DNA of 64,000 nt from an uncultured Acidobacteriota bacterium. GTDB taxonomy: Bacteria; Acidobacteriota; Thermoanaerobaculia; Gp7-AA8; JAHWKK01. The DNA lies in the NCBI GenBank assembly GCA_963829355.1, contig CAWHHZ010000020.1:4278-68277 (forward strand), read 5' to 3'. Position numbers and translations under genes: made by a program. Below the pieces are notes generated by a model, which did no database searches, was not told the origin of the DNA, and saw only the letters and a list, made by a program, of their open reading frames with translations. Below are positions 49,078 to 57,358 of this stretch, piece after piece (position 1 is the stretch's first letter; every line of letters starts with the position of its first letter).

Positions 49078-49560
49078 ATGGCAGTCACTTACTCAGACAG
49101 CGACATCTCGCAGCTTCTCATGGAGCGAAAGCCATTACCCGCTGACTGGCGCGCTCGTCTGACTCTGCGCGACAAACGGGGTCACAAGGAGCGTGATCTC
49201 CAGATCGCCGGCGATGCGGGCAACGAATTCCGAATCATTCTTCGGCAGAACAGTATCAATCATCTCGATTTCTCCGTCATCCTGACAGTGAGAGTTCCGA
49301 AATCGACAGCCTGGTTTCGCCTTCGCAGGTACAACGGGAAGAGTCATGAACACACGAACCAGATAAAGGACCAGACATTTTATGGGTTTCACATTCATAC
49401 GGCGACGGAACGCTATCAGGATCTCGGGCCTCGGGAAGACTCGTATGCGGAGCCGACTGACCGATATGGCGACTTTCACGGTGCAATGCGCTGCCTGATC
49501 GATGATGCAAATCTGACGGTTCCGCCCGAGGCTCAGGAGAGCCTGTTTGGAGAGATGTAG
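49078..49560 (+). CDS. Hypothetical protein A of a three-gene operon (160 aa)
   Basis: His-rich motif RRYNGKSHEHTN...FHIHTATERYQ. I do not recognise the family. Confidence 0.55.
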   Translation: MAVTYSDSDISQLLMERKPLPADWRARLTLRDKRGHKERDLQIAGDAGNEFRIILRQNSINHLDFSVILTVRVPKSTAWFRLRRYNGKSHEHTNQIKDQTFYGFHIHTATERYQDLGPREDSYAEPTDRYGDFHGAMRCLIDDANLTVPPEAQESLFGEM

Positions 49561-50336
49561 TGTCTAGCGAAGTCATTCAGGAGCAGTTCCGCGAGAAGGT
49601 GTCCGAGAAGATTCGGATCGCGGAAGAGGGCGTCGAGCGCTTCCGGGTGTTCACCCCGTTCCTCTTCGACGACGGAGATCATCTGGCGATCGTCGTGAAA
49701 AAGGACAACGGGCAGTGGGTCCTTTCAGACGAGGCACACACCTACATGCACCTCACGTATGACATAGACGAGCAGGATCTGCATAGGGGAACACGCCAGA
49801 AGATCATCAGCAACACGTTGTCGACGTTTCGAGTCGAGGACCGGGACGGCGAGCTTCTGTTGAACGTTCCTGACGAGCGCTACGGAGATGCGCTCTATTC
49901 GTTCATCCAGGCGCTTCTGAAGATTACCGATGTCTCCTTCCTCTCTCGAGAGCGTGTGCGTTCCACCTTCATGGAAGATTTCCGGGCGCTCGTGAGTGAA
50001 GCCGTCCCGGAGGAGCGTCGGAGCTTCGACTGGCACGATCCGGAGCTCGATCCCCACGGGGTCTACATGGTCGATTGCAGGATCAACGGCATGCGTCGAC
50101 CTTTCTTCGTACACGCCTTGCCCGGCGACGACAGAACGAGAGACGCCACGATCACTCTCCTCCAGTTCGAGAAGTGGGGTAAGTCATTTCGCTCTCTCGG
50201 GATTTTTGAAGATCAGGAGTCGATCAACCGCAAGGTACTCGCGCGTTACACTGACGTCTCCGAGAAGCAGTTCTCCAGTCTGACCAGCAACCGCGACCGG
50301 ATCACGCGCTTTCTGCAGGATGTCGTCGAGGGGTGA
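49560..50336 (+). CDS. DUF1828/DUF1829-like protein (gene B)
   Basis: FRVFTPFLFDDGDHLAIVVKKDNGQWVLSDEAHTYMHL resembles the DUF1828 N-terminal signature. The GTG start overlaps the stop of gene A by 1 nt. Confidence 0.55.
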   Translation: MSSEVIQEQFREKVSEKIRIAEEGVERFRVFTPFLFDDGDHLAIVVKKDNGQWVLSDEAHTYMHLTYDIDEQDLHRGTRQKIISNTLSTFRVEDRDGELLLNVPDERYGDALYSFIQALLKITDVSFLSRERVRSTFMEDFRALVSEAVPEERRSFDWHDPELDPHGVYMVDCRINGMRRPFFVHALPGDDRTRDATITLLQFEKWGKSFRSLGIFEDQESINRKVLARYTDVSEKQFSSLTSNRDRITRFLQDVVEG

Positions 50337-50375
50337 GAATCAGGCTGGGGACTGGCAATTCGAGATAAGGAGATC

Positions 50376-51461
50376 ATGACTAGTTCACTTCAGCGAGTGG
50401 ACGAAGACCGCGTTCTGCTGGGCCCCGCATCGGCATTCCCCGTGACCTTGTTGGGGGTCACTCCGAGCGCAATGGAAGATCTGGAGAAGGTCTTCCAGGA
50501 CATGTCGGCCGTTCACGATCCCAGGACACTGAATCGTGGCCTGGCCGGTGTCATCGCGCGATTTGCGATTCGTTGCGCTGAGGTTGACGATTACGTCGAT
50601 GCGAACCGGTCTTGCTATGACGCAGCGAGCGATTCCTTCATCGACGATTCCGGCGCGCGGAACGGTGCGCGGCACACTCTTCATGTGCGCCTTGACGTGG
50701 ATCTGCAGGTACTGTTTGCCGCGGAGCATCCCGACCCCTCACGGCTCGCAGCGATGGTTCGTGAGTTCGGCTTCGAGAATGTCAGCTTCTACTCCCGAAT
50801 TGCGCGACATCGCAACATTCTTCGGGTACCCGTGGGTCATCGAGACCGCGCAAGATCCGAGGATCTTCGCGAGGTGGGCCTCCTGGATCGTTCGTCCGAG
50901 ATTTCAACGGATGAGCTGATTGGCGAGATGCCACTTCGGGAGATCAACTCGATCGCGACGAATTCAGTTAAAAAGCCTTACACCCGCAAAACCGCTTTGA
51001 GAAGTGACCTCCGAACTGATCCCGAATTCGCCATCGCGTTCCGGGCGGCACTCGACAGGCTGGACTACTGCAGGGCCGCACCGTTCGCCGGAGAGTCCAT
51101 CGGCATCACTCTCAAGGATCTCACTTCTTATCTGGCTCGCTGCCAGGTTGTCGCGGAACTTGTTGGACGCACTTTCTATTCGGCGCAGGTCTGGCGTGCC
51201 CCCGCACAACAGATGGATTCATGGATACCATTCGCTCAAGTCCTGGGCGTTTCCGACGACCGCATTTGCAGCCTGTGTGCTGATGAGAACGGCAAGGTCT
51301 ACCTTGCCACGGCCACACCACTGCGTCCTTTTCACCTGGCTTGTCGATGCACACTGTCCCCAATTCCGTACCCCGAAGCCATCCGAATGGGACTCGCGGC
51401 TCGAGAGGGAAACCGGATCAAGATCCTCAACGCGAACCCAGGGAAGATCGATCATCGGTAA
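50376..51461 (+). CDS. Hypothetical protein with a C-terminal phage Mu-F/SPP1-gp7-like CRC motif (gene C)
   Basis: AAGGAG lies upstream. The C-terminus DDRICSLCADENGKVYLATATPLRPFHLACRCTLSPIP resembles the D..C..C...PP.HPNCRC motif. The N-terminal ~270 aa are unassigned. Confidence 0.55.
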   Translation: MTSSLQRVDEDRVLLGPASAFPVTLLGVTPSAMEDLEKVFQDMSAVHDPRTLNRGLAGVIARFAIRCAEVDDYVDANRSCYDAASDSFIDDSGARNGARHTLHVRLDVDLQVLFAAEHPDPSRLAAMVREFGFENVSFYSRIARHRNILRVPVGHRDRARSEDLREVGLLDRSSEISTDELIGEMPLREINSIATNSVKKPYTRKTALRSDLRTDPEFAIAFRAALDRLDYCRAAPFAGESIGITLKDLTSYLARCQVVAELVGRTFYSAQVWRAPAQQMDSWIPFAQVLGVSDDRICSLCADENGKVYLATATPLRPFHLACRCTLSPIPYPEAIRMGLAAREGNRIKILNANPGKIDHR

Positions 51462-51499
51462 GCTGCTCATCGCTCGACCACGGGTACAATTCGGAGTCA

Positions 51500-51795
51500 A
51501 GACAGAGCCCTCGACGACCAACGGATCGTCCGACCGACGCTCGAGCACGTGATCGATCTGGTGATGGAGGAGTTCGCGGAAACGCTCGAGACTCTCCGTC
51601 GGAGGAACCCGTCGCCCCGGCCGAAAAGCCTTTGCGCTTCTCGCCCACGAGGAATGCGGACTGACGCATCGGATGATCGGGGAGTATCTGGGCATCTCTC
51701 CCTCAGCCGTCTCCCAGATGCTCCGGGCGGCGACCGAGCTCGAGCGGAAGGACCGGCAATTCGGCGAAGCAATTCACCGAATCCGCGCCTCGAAA
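51500..51795 (+). pseudogene. Frameshifted C-terminal remnant of an HTH (DnaA_C-like) gene that ends in the T' hairpin
   Basis: LEHVIDLVMEEFAETLETLRR, then in the +1 frame RRPGRKAFALLAHEECGLTHRMIGEYLGISPSAVSQMLRAATELERKDRQFGEAIHRIRASKT-stop. The stop lies within the T' 5' arm. Confidence 0.55.
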
Positions 51796-51828
51796 ACTTA
51801 ACTTTCTAGCTCCGACGTTAAGTTTTCC
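51790..51828 (+). repeat. T' hairpin
   Basis: TCGAAAACTTAAC-TTTCTAGCTCCGAC-GTTAAGTTTTCC. Confidence 0.8.
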
Positions 51829-51829
51829 C

Positions 51830-52076
51830 CGATCTGAACCTAGACGGCATCGACTGGGTGATCGTCGGCGGTGAATCCGGCCCCGGAGCCCGGCCGATGG
51901 AACCGGAATGGGTTCTCGACCTGAAACGTCAATGCCACGATGCGTTGGTTCCTTTCTTCTTCAAGCAGTGGGGCGGGACGAATAAGAAGAAGGCTGGGAG
52001 AGAACTGGAGGGACGGACCTGGAACGAAATGCCGAAGCATACGGTAGAGAGCGTGGCGGGCGGTCCTCCTTCCTAG
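51830..52076 (+). pseudogene. 3' fragment of a DUF5131 gene (paralog of 37085..37828)
   Basis: [69 protein letters not shown]. Homology starts at the first base after the T' hairpin. Confidence 0.75.
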
Positions 52077-52150
52077 GGGCGGTGCTGTCCAGTACCTCGA
52101 TCACGAGGGCACGGCTACCGCAATGCGGTTCTTAGAGGTACGATTGACCT

Positions 52151-52402
52151 ATGGCCAGCGTGCAGGTTGAGTTACCGGAGAGCGTTCTCGCGGCATTACG
52201 GAAGGCCCCTCATGAGGTTGGCCCGGAGATGCGCATTGCCGCAGCAATTCATTGGTATCAGCAGAGCTTGATCTCTATGGAGAGGGCGGCAGAAGTCGCG
52301 GGGATGAACCGAACCGAGTTTCTGGCGGAGCTGTCCCGTCGGCGGGTCGATGTGTTCGTGGTAGATGATGAGGACCTCGCGCGAGAGCTCGAGAATGCCT
52401 GA
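52151..52402 (+). CDS. UPF0175 family antitoxin, copy 2 (identical to copy 1)
   Basis: The 83-aa translation is identical to 44830..45081. Confidence 0.7.
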   Translation: MASVQVELPESVLAALRKAPHEVGPEMRIAAAIHWYQQSLISMERAAEVAGMNRTEFLAELSRRRVDVFVVDDEDLARELENA

Positions 52403-52880
52403 TCGTCTCGTCGTCAACGCTTCCCCATTGATCTTTCTCGGCAACGGCAATCGGCTCGAGCTGCTGCGAGATTTCACTGAAGGACCTGTGATCGTACCCG
52501 GGGTCGTCCTGGACGAGATCCTGTCAGGCGGGCATCACGACCGGGCGGCCGAGGCGGTGAGAAAGTCGAGCTGGCTTCAGGCAGGCACTCCCGACTCAAT
52601 GCCGCCAGAAGTGCTGGAGTGGGATCTCGGTGCGGGTGAGTCCGCCGTCATCGCGATCTCACTGGAGACTGAAGGTGCGAGGCCAGTGATCGATGATCTT
52701 GCTGGCCGCCGGTGTGCGAGAGCGTTCGATCTGGACGTGATCGGAACTCTGGGTCTTGTGATCGCAGCGCATCGTCGCGGAACGGTCGACGACCCTCGGA
52801 GAGTTCTGCTCGAACTGAGGGATGCCGGAATGTGGCTCTCCGATGAGGTATTGGAGAAGGCCCTCAAGAAGAACGACTAA
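52395..52880 (+). CDS. DUF3368 (PIN-like) putative toxin, copy 2 (identical to copy 1)
   Basis: The translation is identical to 45074..45559. Confidence 0.7.
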   Translation: MPDRLVVNASPLIFLGNGNRLELLRDFTEGPVIVPGVVLDEILSGGHHDRAAEAVRKSSWLQAGTPDSMPPEVLEWDLGAGESAVIAISLETEGARPVIDDLAGRRCARAFDLDVIGTLGLVIAAHRRGTVDDPRRVLLELRDAGMWLSDEVLEKALKKND

Positions 52881-52956
52881 TCGCTTTTCGACAGGTCGCT
52901 CTCCTATCGTCCTCCCCACCACGGAAGATCCGGCGGAGGTTTTTGCGCTCGACAGC

Positions 52957-53070
52957 GGTTCTACTGACCGTAGAACTTTGAACGGAATCGGCTTCGGATT
53001 CTACCTCTCGTAGAATTGACCGCCGACCAAAGACGTGGCCCCCAGCCTCGAAGACGTGGCCCCCAGCCTC
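52957..53070 (+). repeat. Y element with a duplicated tail
   Basis: GGTTCTACtgaccGTAGAA...TTCTACctctcGTAGAATTGACCGCCGACCAAAGACGTGGCCCCCAGCCTCG, then a repeat of AAGACGTGGCCCCCAGCCTCG. Confidence 0.8.
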
Positions 53071-53094
53071 GCTACTAGAACCCTCGAAGCACCC

Positions 53095-53129
53095 GGAAAC
53101 TCATATTTTGAGCTCTGAGGTTAAGTTCT
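53095..53129 (+). repeat. T'' hairpin variant
   Basis: GGAAACTCATA-TTTTGAGCTCTGAG-GTTAAGTTCT. Confidence 0.65.
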
Positions 53130-53148
53130 GGGAAATGTCGCGCATAAC

Positions 53149-53160
53149 GTCAACGTTGAC
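53149..53160. promoter_or_regulatory. Perfect 12-bp palindrome upstream of the ParS-like gene (possible operator)
   Basis: GTCAACGTTGAC in an AT-richer stretch about 95 nt upstream of the ATG at 53254. Confidence 0.35.
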
Positions 53161-53253
53161 ATCAACATAAACGGCATGCACATTGTCTATATCTGCGGGA
53201 TACGTAGTCTAAATTGACAACACGCTGAGCGTCTTCAGAAAACAGGAGGACTA

Positions 53254-53592
53254 ATGGCTGGGATCGTGGCCGAACGGCTCGATAGCATGAGGAAAAAGAC
53301 TGGCATCACCGGCCGGGATGTGGCGCAGCTTCTGGATACGACGCCTGAGACGGTTTCCAGATGGAGCTCCGGAAAGGTCGAGCCGCAGAGAGATCGGCTG
53401 CACAGACTGCTGGCTCTCGAATTCATTCTCGATGAGCTGCTCGAGTTCTACAGCCGCGACGATGCCAGACTATGGTTGTTCACGCCTCACCGTCTGCTCA
53501 GCGGTCGGACGCCGGCGGAAAAGATCTCCGAGGGGCAGGATGATGAAGTACGAACCATCATCGCGCAGCTACGCGACGGAGCGTACGTCTGA
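53254..53592 (+). CDS. Xre-HTH / DUF2384 antitoxin (ParS/MbcA-like)
   Basis: HTH (GITGRDVAQLLDTTPETVSRWSSGK) plus a DUF2384-like C-terminus (WLFTPHRLLSGRTPAEKI). AGGAGG lies upstream. Confidence 0.75.
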   Translation: MAGIVAERLDSMRKKTGITGRDVAQLLDTTPETVSRWSSGKVEPQRDRLHRLLALEFILDELLEFYSRDDARLWLFTPHRLLSGRTPAEKISEGQDDEVRTIIAQLRDGAYV

Positions 53593-53594
53593 GC

Positions 53595-54104
53595 GTGATC
53601 TTCTCTCCCGATCGCAAGATTCTGGAGGTCGTCGGTGCCATTGAACCGGCACCTCTCGAGGCGTCGGTGTTCCGCTGGTGCTTTTCCCACGTCGATCCGC
53701 TACGGCCGAATCGAAGCGGAGCGCGATGGAACCCACCAGACGTCGAAGCCCTTTATGCGAGCCTCGAGCGGGACGTCTGTCTGGCGGAGATGAACCATCT
53801 TCTGGATCTTCACTCCATACCGATCACCAAGAGCAGGGTTTTGTGCACCATAGAGGTCAGCCTCCAGTCGGTCCTCGAGCTGACTGAAGACACTCTGGCC
53901 GAACTGGGTTTATCTGCAGACGTGCTGAGCAGTGTCGATCTCAGCAGATGTCAACAGGTTGGCGGCGCAGTGCAGTGGCTCAATCATGACGGCTTGCTCG
54001 TCCCGTCCGCACGCCACGAGCAAGGTCGGAACCTCGTGATCTTTCAGACAAATCACGATGAAGAGTCGATCGTCGAGCTCACCGACAAAGCTCCCCTCGA
54101 ATGA
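53595..54104 (+). CDS. RES domain toxin (ParT/MbcT-like)
   Basis: GARWNPP...ALYASLE...LLVPSARHE supplies the R/E/S positions. GTG start 3 nt after the antitoxin stop. Confidence 0.75.
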   Translation: MIFSPDRKILEVVGAIEPAPLEASVFRWCFSHVDPLRPNRSGARWNPPDVEALYASLERDVCLAEMNHLLDLHSIPITKSRVLCTIEVSLQSVLELTEDTLAELGLSADVLSSVDLSRCQQVGGAVQWLNHDGLLVPSARHEQGRNLVIFQTNHDEESIVELTDKAPLE

Positions 54105-54135
54105 CCTGCGCGTTACGCCAATTGCGTCGCGGCGA

Positions 54136-54172
54136 GTCAAGTTACTTTTCTAGCTCCGACGTTAACTTTACT
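54136..54172 (+). repeat. T' hairpin (variant arms)
   Basis: GTCAAGTTAC-TTTTCTAGCTCCGAC-GTTAACTTTACT. Confidence 0.65.
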
Positions 54173-54386
54173 TAGCGCCATTCGAACTGAACCGACATTC
54201 ACACGACTTGCACAGGAAGTAGTCGGCTACTTGCGCAGACGTAGCGGCGCTGACGACAGGGTTGACGACGACCGGGTTAGGGTTCTTTTGGCCATCCAGA
54301 TCGATGGCTTTCCTCAGCCGCTTGTAAATCGACTTCGGCACCAGATGGCTGTTTTGCAGGTCGGCAACCGTGCGAACAAAGACCAC
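54168..54386 (-). pseudogene. Gene fragment (72 aa) terminated inside the T' hairpin
   Basis: ...HLVPKSIYKRL...FLCKSCECRFSSNGAK-stop. The stop codon lies within 54136-54172. Family not recognised. Confidence 0.35.
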
Positions 54387-54499
54387 ACCTTCCCAGTGGC
54401 ATTATCCAATCCTACCTCGTTCGTGATCAGCGCGTGGGTAGGTGGGCAGGTCTGTCGTCCAAAAAACAGGTCCGGAGTCAAGTCTTTGGTCGACGATGT

Positions 54500-54583
54500 G
54501 GTTCTACTCAGAGTAGAGTTCGCGCGGAATCGGCTTAAAATTCCACATCTCGTTCCCTTCTAAGACCTGACCCCAGAGGTCCC
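54500..54583 (+). repeat. Y element
   Basis: GGTTCTACtcagaGTAGAG...GGAATCGGCTT...CTAAGACCTGACCCCAGAGGTC. Contains the stop codon of the AbiEii-like gene. Confidence 0.7.
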
Positions 54584-55969
54584 TTCTTTTTCCTTAAATC
54601 GGCCGGATGTATCCTCGGCGTCCGCGACAGTCGTAACCTTGTAATCCTTGTGAGGACGAATCGAAGAGTCCGGCTTCACTCGCTCGAACTCGCGACCACA
54701 CTGCTGACACTCCACCACATACTTTGCTCGAGACGATCTTCTCGACCTTGCGGGTCGGGAACCGAAACCGGAACCTCCGACGATCGGTGGTGTTGAGACG
54801 CGTCCGGAAGAGGAAAACTCTACTCGAAAGACCGGTGTGAATGACTGGTTCATGACCTCGATGTTTTCAATTCGGTCGAGGCGATACGCCCGGATCTGCC
54901 CGTCGGTGTGCCGCCGCGCGAACAGCAGAACGTTGCCGTCCCTGCTCTCGCGCAACGAATACGGTTCTATCGGTCGACGGCTTCCCTGGTATCCCAGATT
55001 GATCAGCAGCCGGTTCACTCCGGCGAAACGAATCCGCTCGATGACAGAACCAGAGCCCCATGATCGGATCGTCGGCGGAACATGGAACGGAACTGCTGAC
55101 GACGCACTGGGGACTCTCATCTCGGTGAGCGCCTCTCGCGGTAGCGGTGTCCCATTCAGCCAGTCGAAGAGGTTCTCGAGCTCCGACCAGTAATCGGTGA
55201 ACGGGGGCAACGCGGGAAGCTGGTGCGCGAGCATGTTCTCCCATTCGGTCTCGAGCAGTTCCCGCGCAATCTCGGTGATCACTGTCTCAGGTGAAGGCAG
55301 GGCGACACCTTTCGTTTCGCACTTATCCTTCAGGATCGACGCAATCTCTGGACCGCGAAGCTCAAACTCTTCGCGTCGGTGAAGGGTCACGATGTCGAAG
55401 AGGTCGCGTGGTCGCCCACGTTCGCCCATCGCCCGAATCTTCTCGGCGAATACCCCTTCGAGACTGTAGCAGAGCACCGTCGCCGGATCGGGCCAGGCAT
55501 CCGGATATGGGTGAGTGATCTCACGCCGCACTGTCTCCCGCACGACGACCTCAGCAAGCAGATCGAGCTTGATCGAGAACTCCATTTGCTGTCCGCCGAG
55601 GCCGCGGTAGTAGATCTTTCCCTGAAGGCTGCCGGGGCCTCGCGGCTTCAACAGCGGAGGACGGGCGAGAAGCTGGATTCCGGACTCCTCTTCGATCTCG
55701 CGAAGAACCCGTTCCAGAAGGGGTGCGACGGCGTCGGCGTCGATTGGACCATCAGGTAGAACGGTGAAGTCGAGATCCTCGGAGAAGCGGTAGGTCTCGA
55801 TGAAACACTTCTTCAGGCAGGTGCCGCCCTTGAATGCCCACGAACTGCCGAGAACCTCATCTCTGCCGATTCCCCACAGGAGCCATCCGATGACCCAGTC
55901 CTTCTCCACCACTTTTTCGGCGAGCTGCCACTCGACCGCTCGATCCTGCAGATCCAGTCGTGTAATCAT
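54560..55969 (-). CDS. abiEii: AbiEii/AbiGii-family nucleotidyltransferase toxin fused to a WYL-like domain and a CxxC tail
   Basis: WAFKGGTCLKKCFIETYRFSEDLDFT (DUF1814/AbiEii). C-terminal RRPIEPYSLRESRDGNVLLFARRHTDGQIRAYRLDRIENIEV (WYL-like), then ECQQCGREF. ATGA overlap with the upstream gene. Confidence 0.7.
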   Translation of the reverse strand: MITRLDLQDRAVEWQLAEKVVEKDWVIGWLLWGIGRDEVLGSSWAFKGGTCLKKCFIETYRFSEDLDFTVLPDGPIDADAVAPLLERVLREIEEESGIQLLARPPLLKPRGPGSLQGKIYYRGLGGQQMEFSIKLDLLAEVVVRETVRREITHPYPDAWPDPATVLCYSLEGVFAEKIRAMGERGRPRDLFDIVTLHRREEFELRGPEIASILKDKCETKGVALPSPETVITEIARELLETEWENMLAHQLPALPPFTDYWSELENLFDWLNGTPLPREALTEMRVPSASSAVPFHVPPTIRSWGSGSVIERIRFAGVNRLLINLGYQGSRRPIEPYSLRESRDGNVLLFARRHTDGQIRAYRLDRIENIEVMNQSFTPVFRVEFSSSGRVSTPPIVGGSGFGSRPARSRRSSRAKYVVECQQCGREFERVKPDSSIRPHKDYKVTTVADAEDTSGRFKEKEGTSGVRS

Positions 55970-56780
55970 GTTGAAGTCCCCGCGCCGATCTCGACATTCA
56001 CTCTCAGATTCCACTCCTTGGTGATCGTTCCCTCGAGATTCACATCCGGATCGAGGTAGGTCAGGCCCTGGCTGATCCTCTCCTTGCAGGACGCGACCAA
56101 ATCGGGAGCATCAAACGCGAGGCTGGTGACGAGGTACCCCATACGCTTGAAGACGGTCTTGTTGCCGAGCCGGTCGCCATAGCTGACCAGAAGGTCGTCG
56201 TCGCGGTGTTCGCTTTCCAGGTAGTTCGTCAGGATGTCCGACGCGTGGCGAATTCCTCCCCCCATCCATGGCTCGTCGAGAATGTCGATGACGGTGCGGG
56301 CAGGATCCGATACGTTCACCCGGTTCTGACCGCGCCACACGCGTTTCAGTCCGAAGTGCATCGTCTCCTGACGGAACTTCAGTCGTATCGGGCTCTGCTG
56401 AATCTGGTCGGTACGCGATCGGATGTTGGCCGCCGTGACGACGACGATTCCGCGGAACAATTGCTCCGTCAGTCCCCAGTGATTCGCCGCACTCCATCCA
56501 CCGATGTAGCACGGCTCGACTCGACTGAAGCGGCCACCCACGGATCAGCGAGCCATGCACCTGGATCCTTGGTGCCCAATGGGACGGTGCCATATAGCCC
56601 CTGCTTGACCCGGGTGAGCCATCCGCGCTTCGTCAGGTACGCAAGAAGTCGCCGGGTACGGTCCCGTGGCAGATCCAGCGCGCCGGCAGCCTCGGCAGCC
56701 GTGAAGGGTCCGGTGAAAGCCCTGTGTAGTGCGTCGAGCCGAAGCCGATTCTCCCGTTCGATCCCTTGAGGTACATCCAT
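55966..56780 (-). pseudogene. abiEi: AbiEi-family antitoxin, split by a frameshift near 56.5 kb
   Basis: The N-terminal HTH part (FTAAEAAGALDLPRDRTRRLLAYLTKRGWLTRVKQGLYG) is in the frame of ORF 56469..57362. The C-terminal part (EPCYIGGWSAANHWGLTEQ...DPARTVIDILDEP) is in the frame of 55966..56541. Confidence 0.65.
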
Positions 56781-56990
56781 AGTGCGAATTATCTCATACA
56801 ACGGGTAATATTGCACTGTGGCTATACCGAGTAACTCGAGGGTCCTTTTCTCGTGCTCGAAACGACTCGGCTCCATCACGATTTCCCATTTCGGGACTGA
56901 TCGTACCTCGGTCGCCCGATGATCCACTCCTCGTGGACCCACGGGCTGAGTCCACTCATCAACCGTATGAGCCACGTCTGGCCAGGCGGT

Positions 56991-57101
56991 GCCGTAGACT
57001 CGACCGCCTACCATAGACCGGGCACCGAACGTCTGTGCGGAATCGGCTTCGGGTTCTACCTCTCGTAGATTGACCGCCGATCGCAGACCTGACCCCCAGA
57101 G
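56991..57101 (+). repeat. One and a half Y elements
   Basis: CGTAGACTCGACCGCCTACCATAGACCGGGCAC, then ...GGAATCGGCTTCGGGTTCTACctctcGTAGATTGACCGCCGATCGCAGACCTGACCCCCAGAG. Confidence 0.7.
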
Positions 57102-57170
57102 TTCGCGGAGATTGATCCCGACGAATGAGGATCCGCGAACGCTCGGGTATTTCAGGCCGGTCGTCCAGAA

Positions 57171-57226
57171 CCACGACATCACTTTGCGAAGTAAAGTTAA
57201 GATTCTGGCTCCGGCCCTAACTTTAC
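57171..57226 (+). repeat. One 20-nt unit plus T-hairpin
   Basis: CCACGACATCACTTTGCGAAGTA, then GTAAAGTTAAG-ATTCTGGCTCCGGC-CCTAACTTTAC (57191-57226). Confidence 0.8.
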
Positions 57227-57358
57227 TCTTCCAATCGTTCTCGCCAACATTGCGACGCTGATCTCCGGCACGTTGCGCGGAAACATCACGCGCTGATGAG
57301 CTCGAACCATCTGTTGCGGTGCTCGACTCCGGATCGAGAGGCTCTCTCGTAGCCACAG

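Noticed and set aside
56780-56900. Promoter call upstream of abiEi (TTGTAT...GATAAT-like hexamers, possible leaderless start)
   Set aside because: The hexamer spacing is ambiguous and I cannot score it without a model. It is left unannotated.
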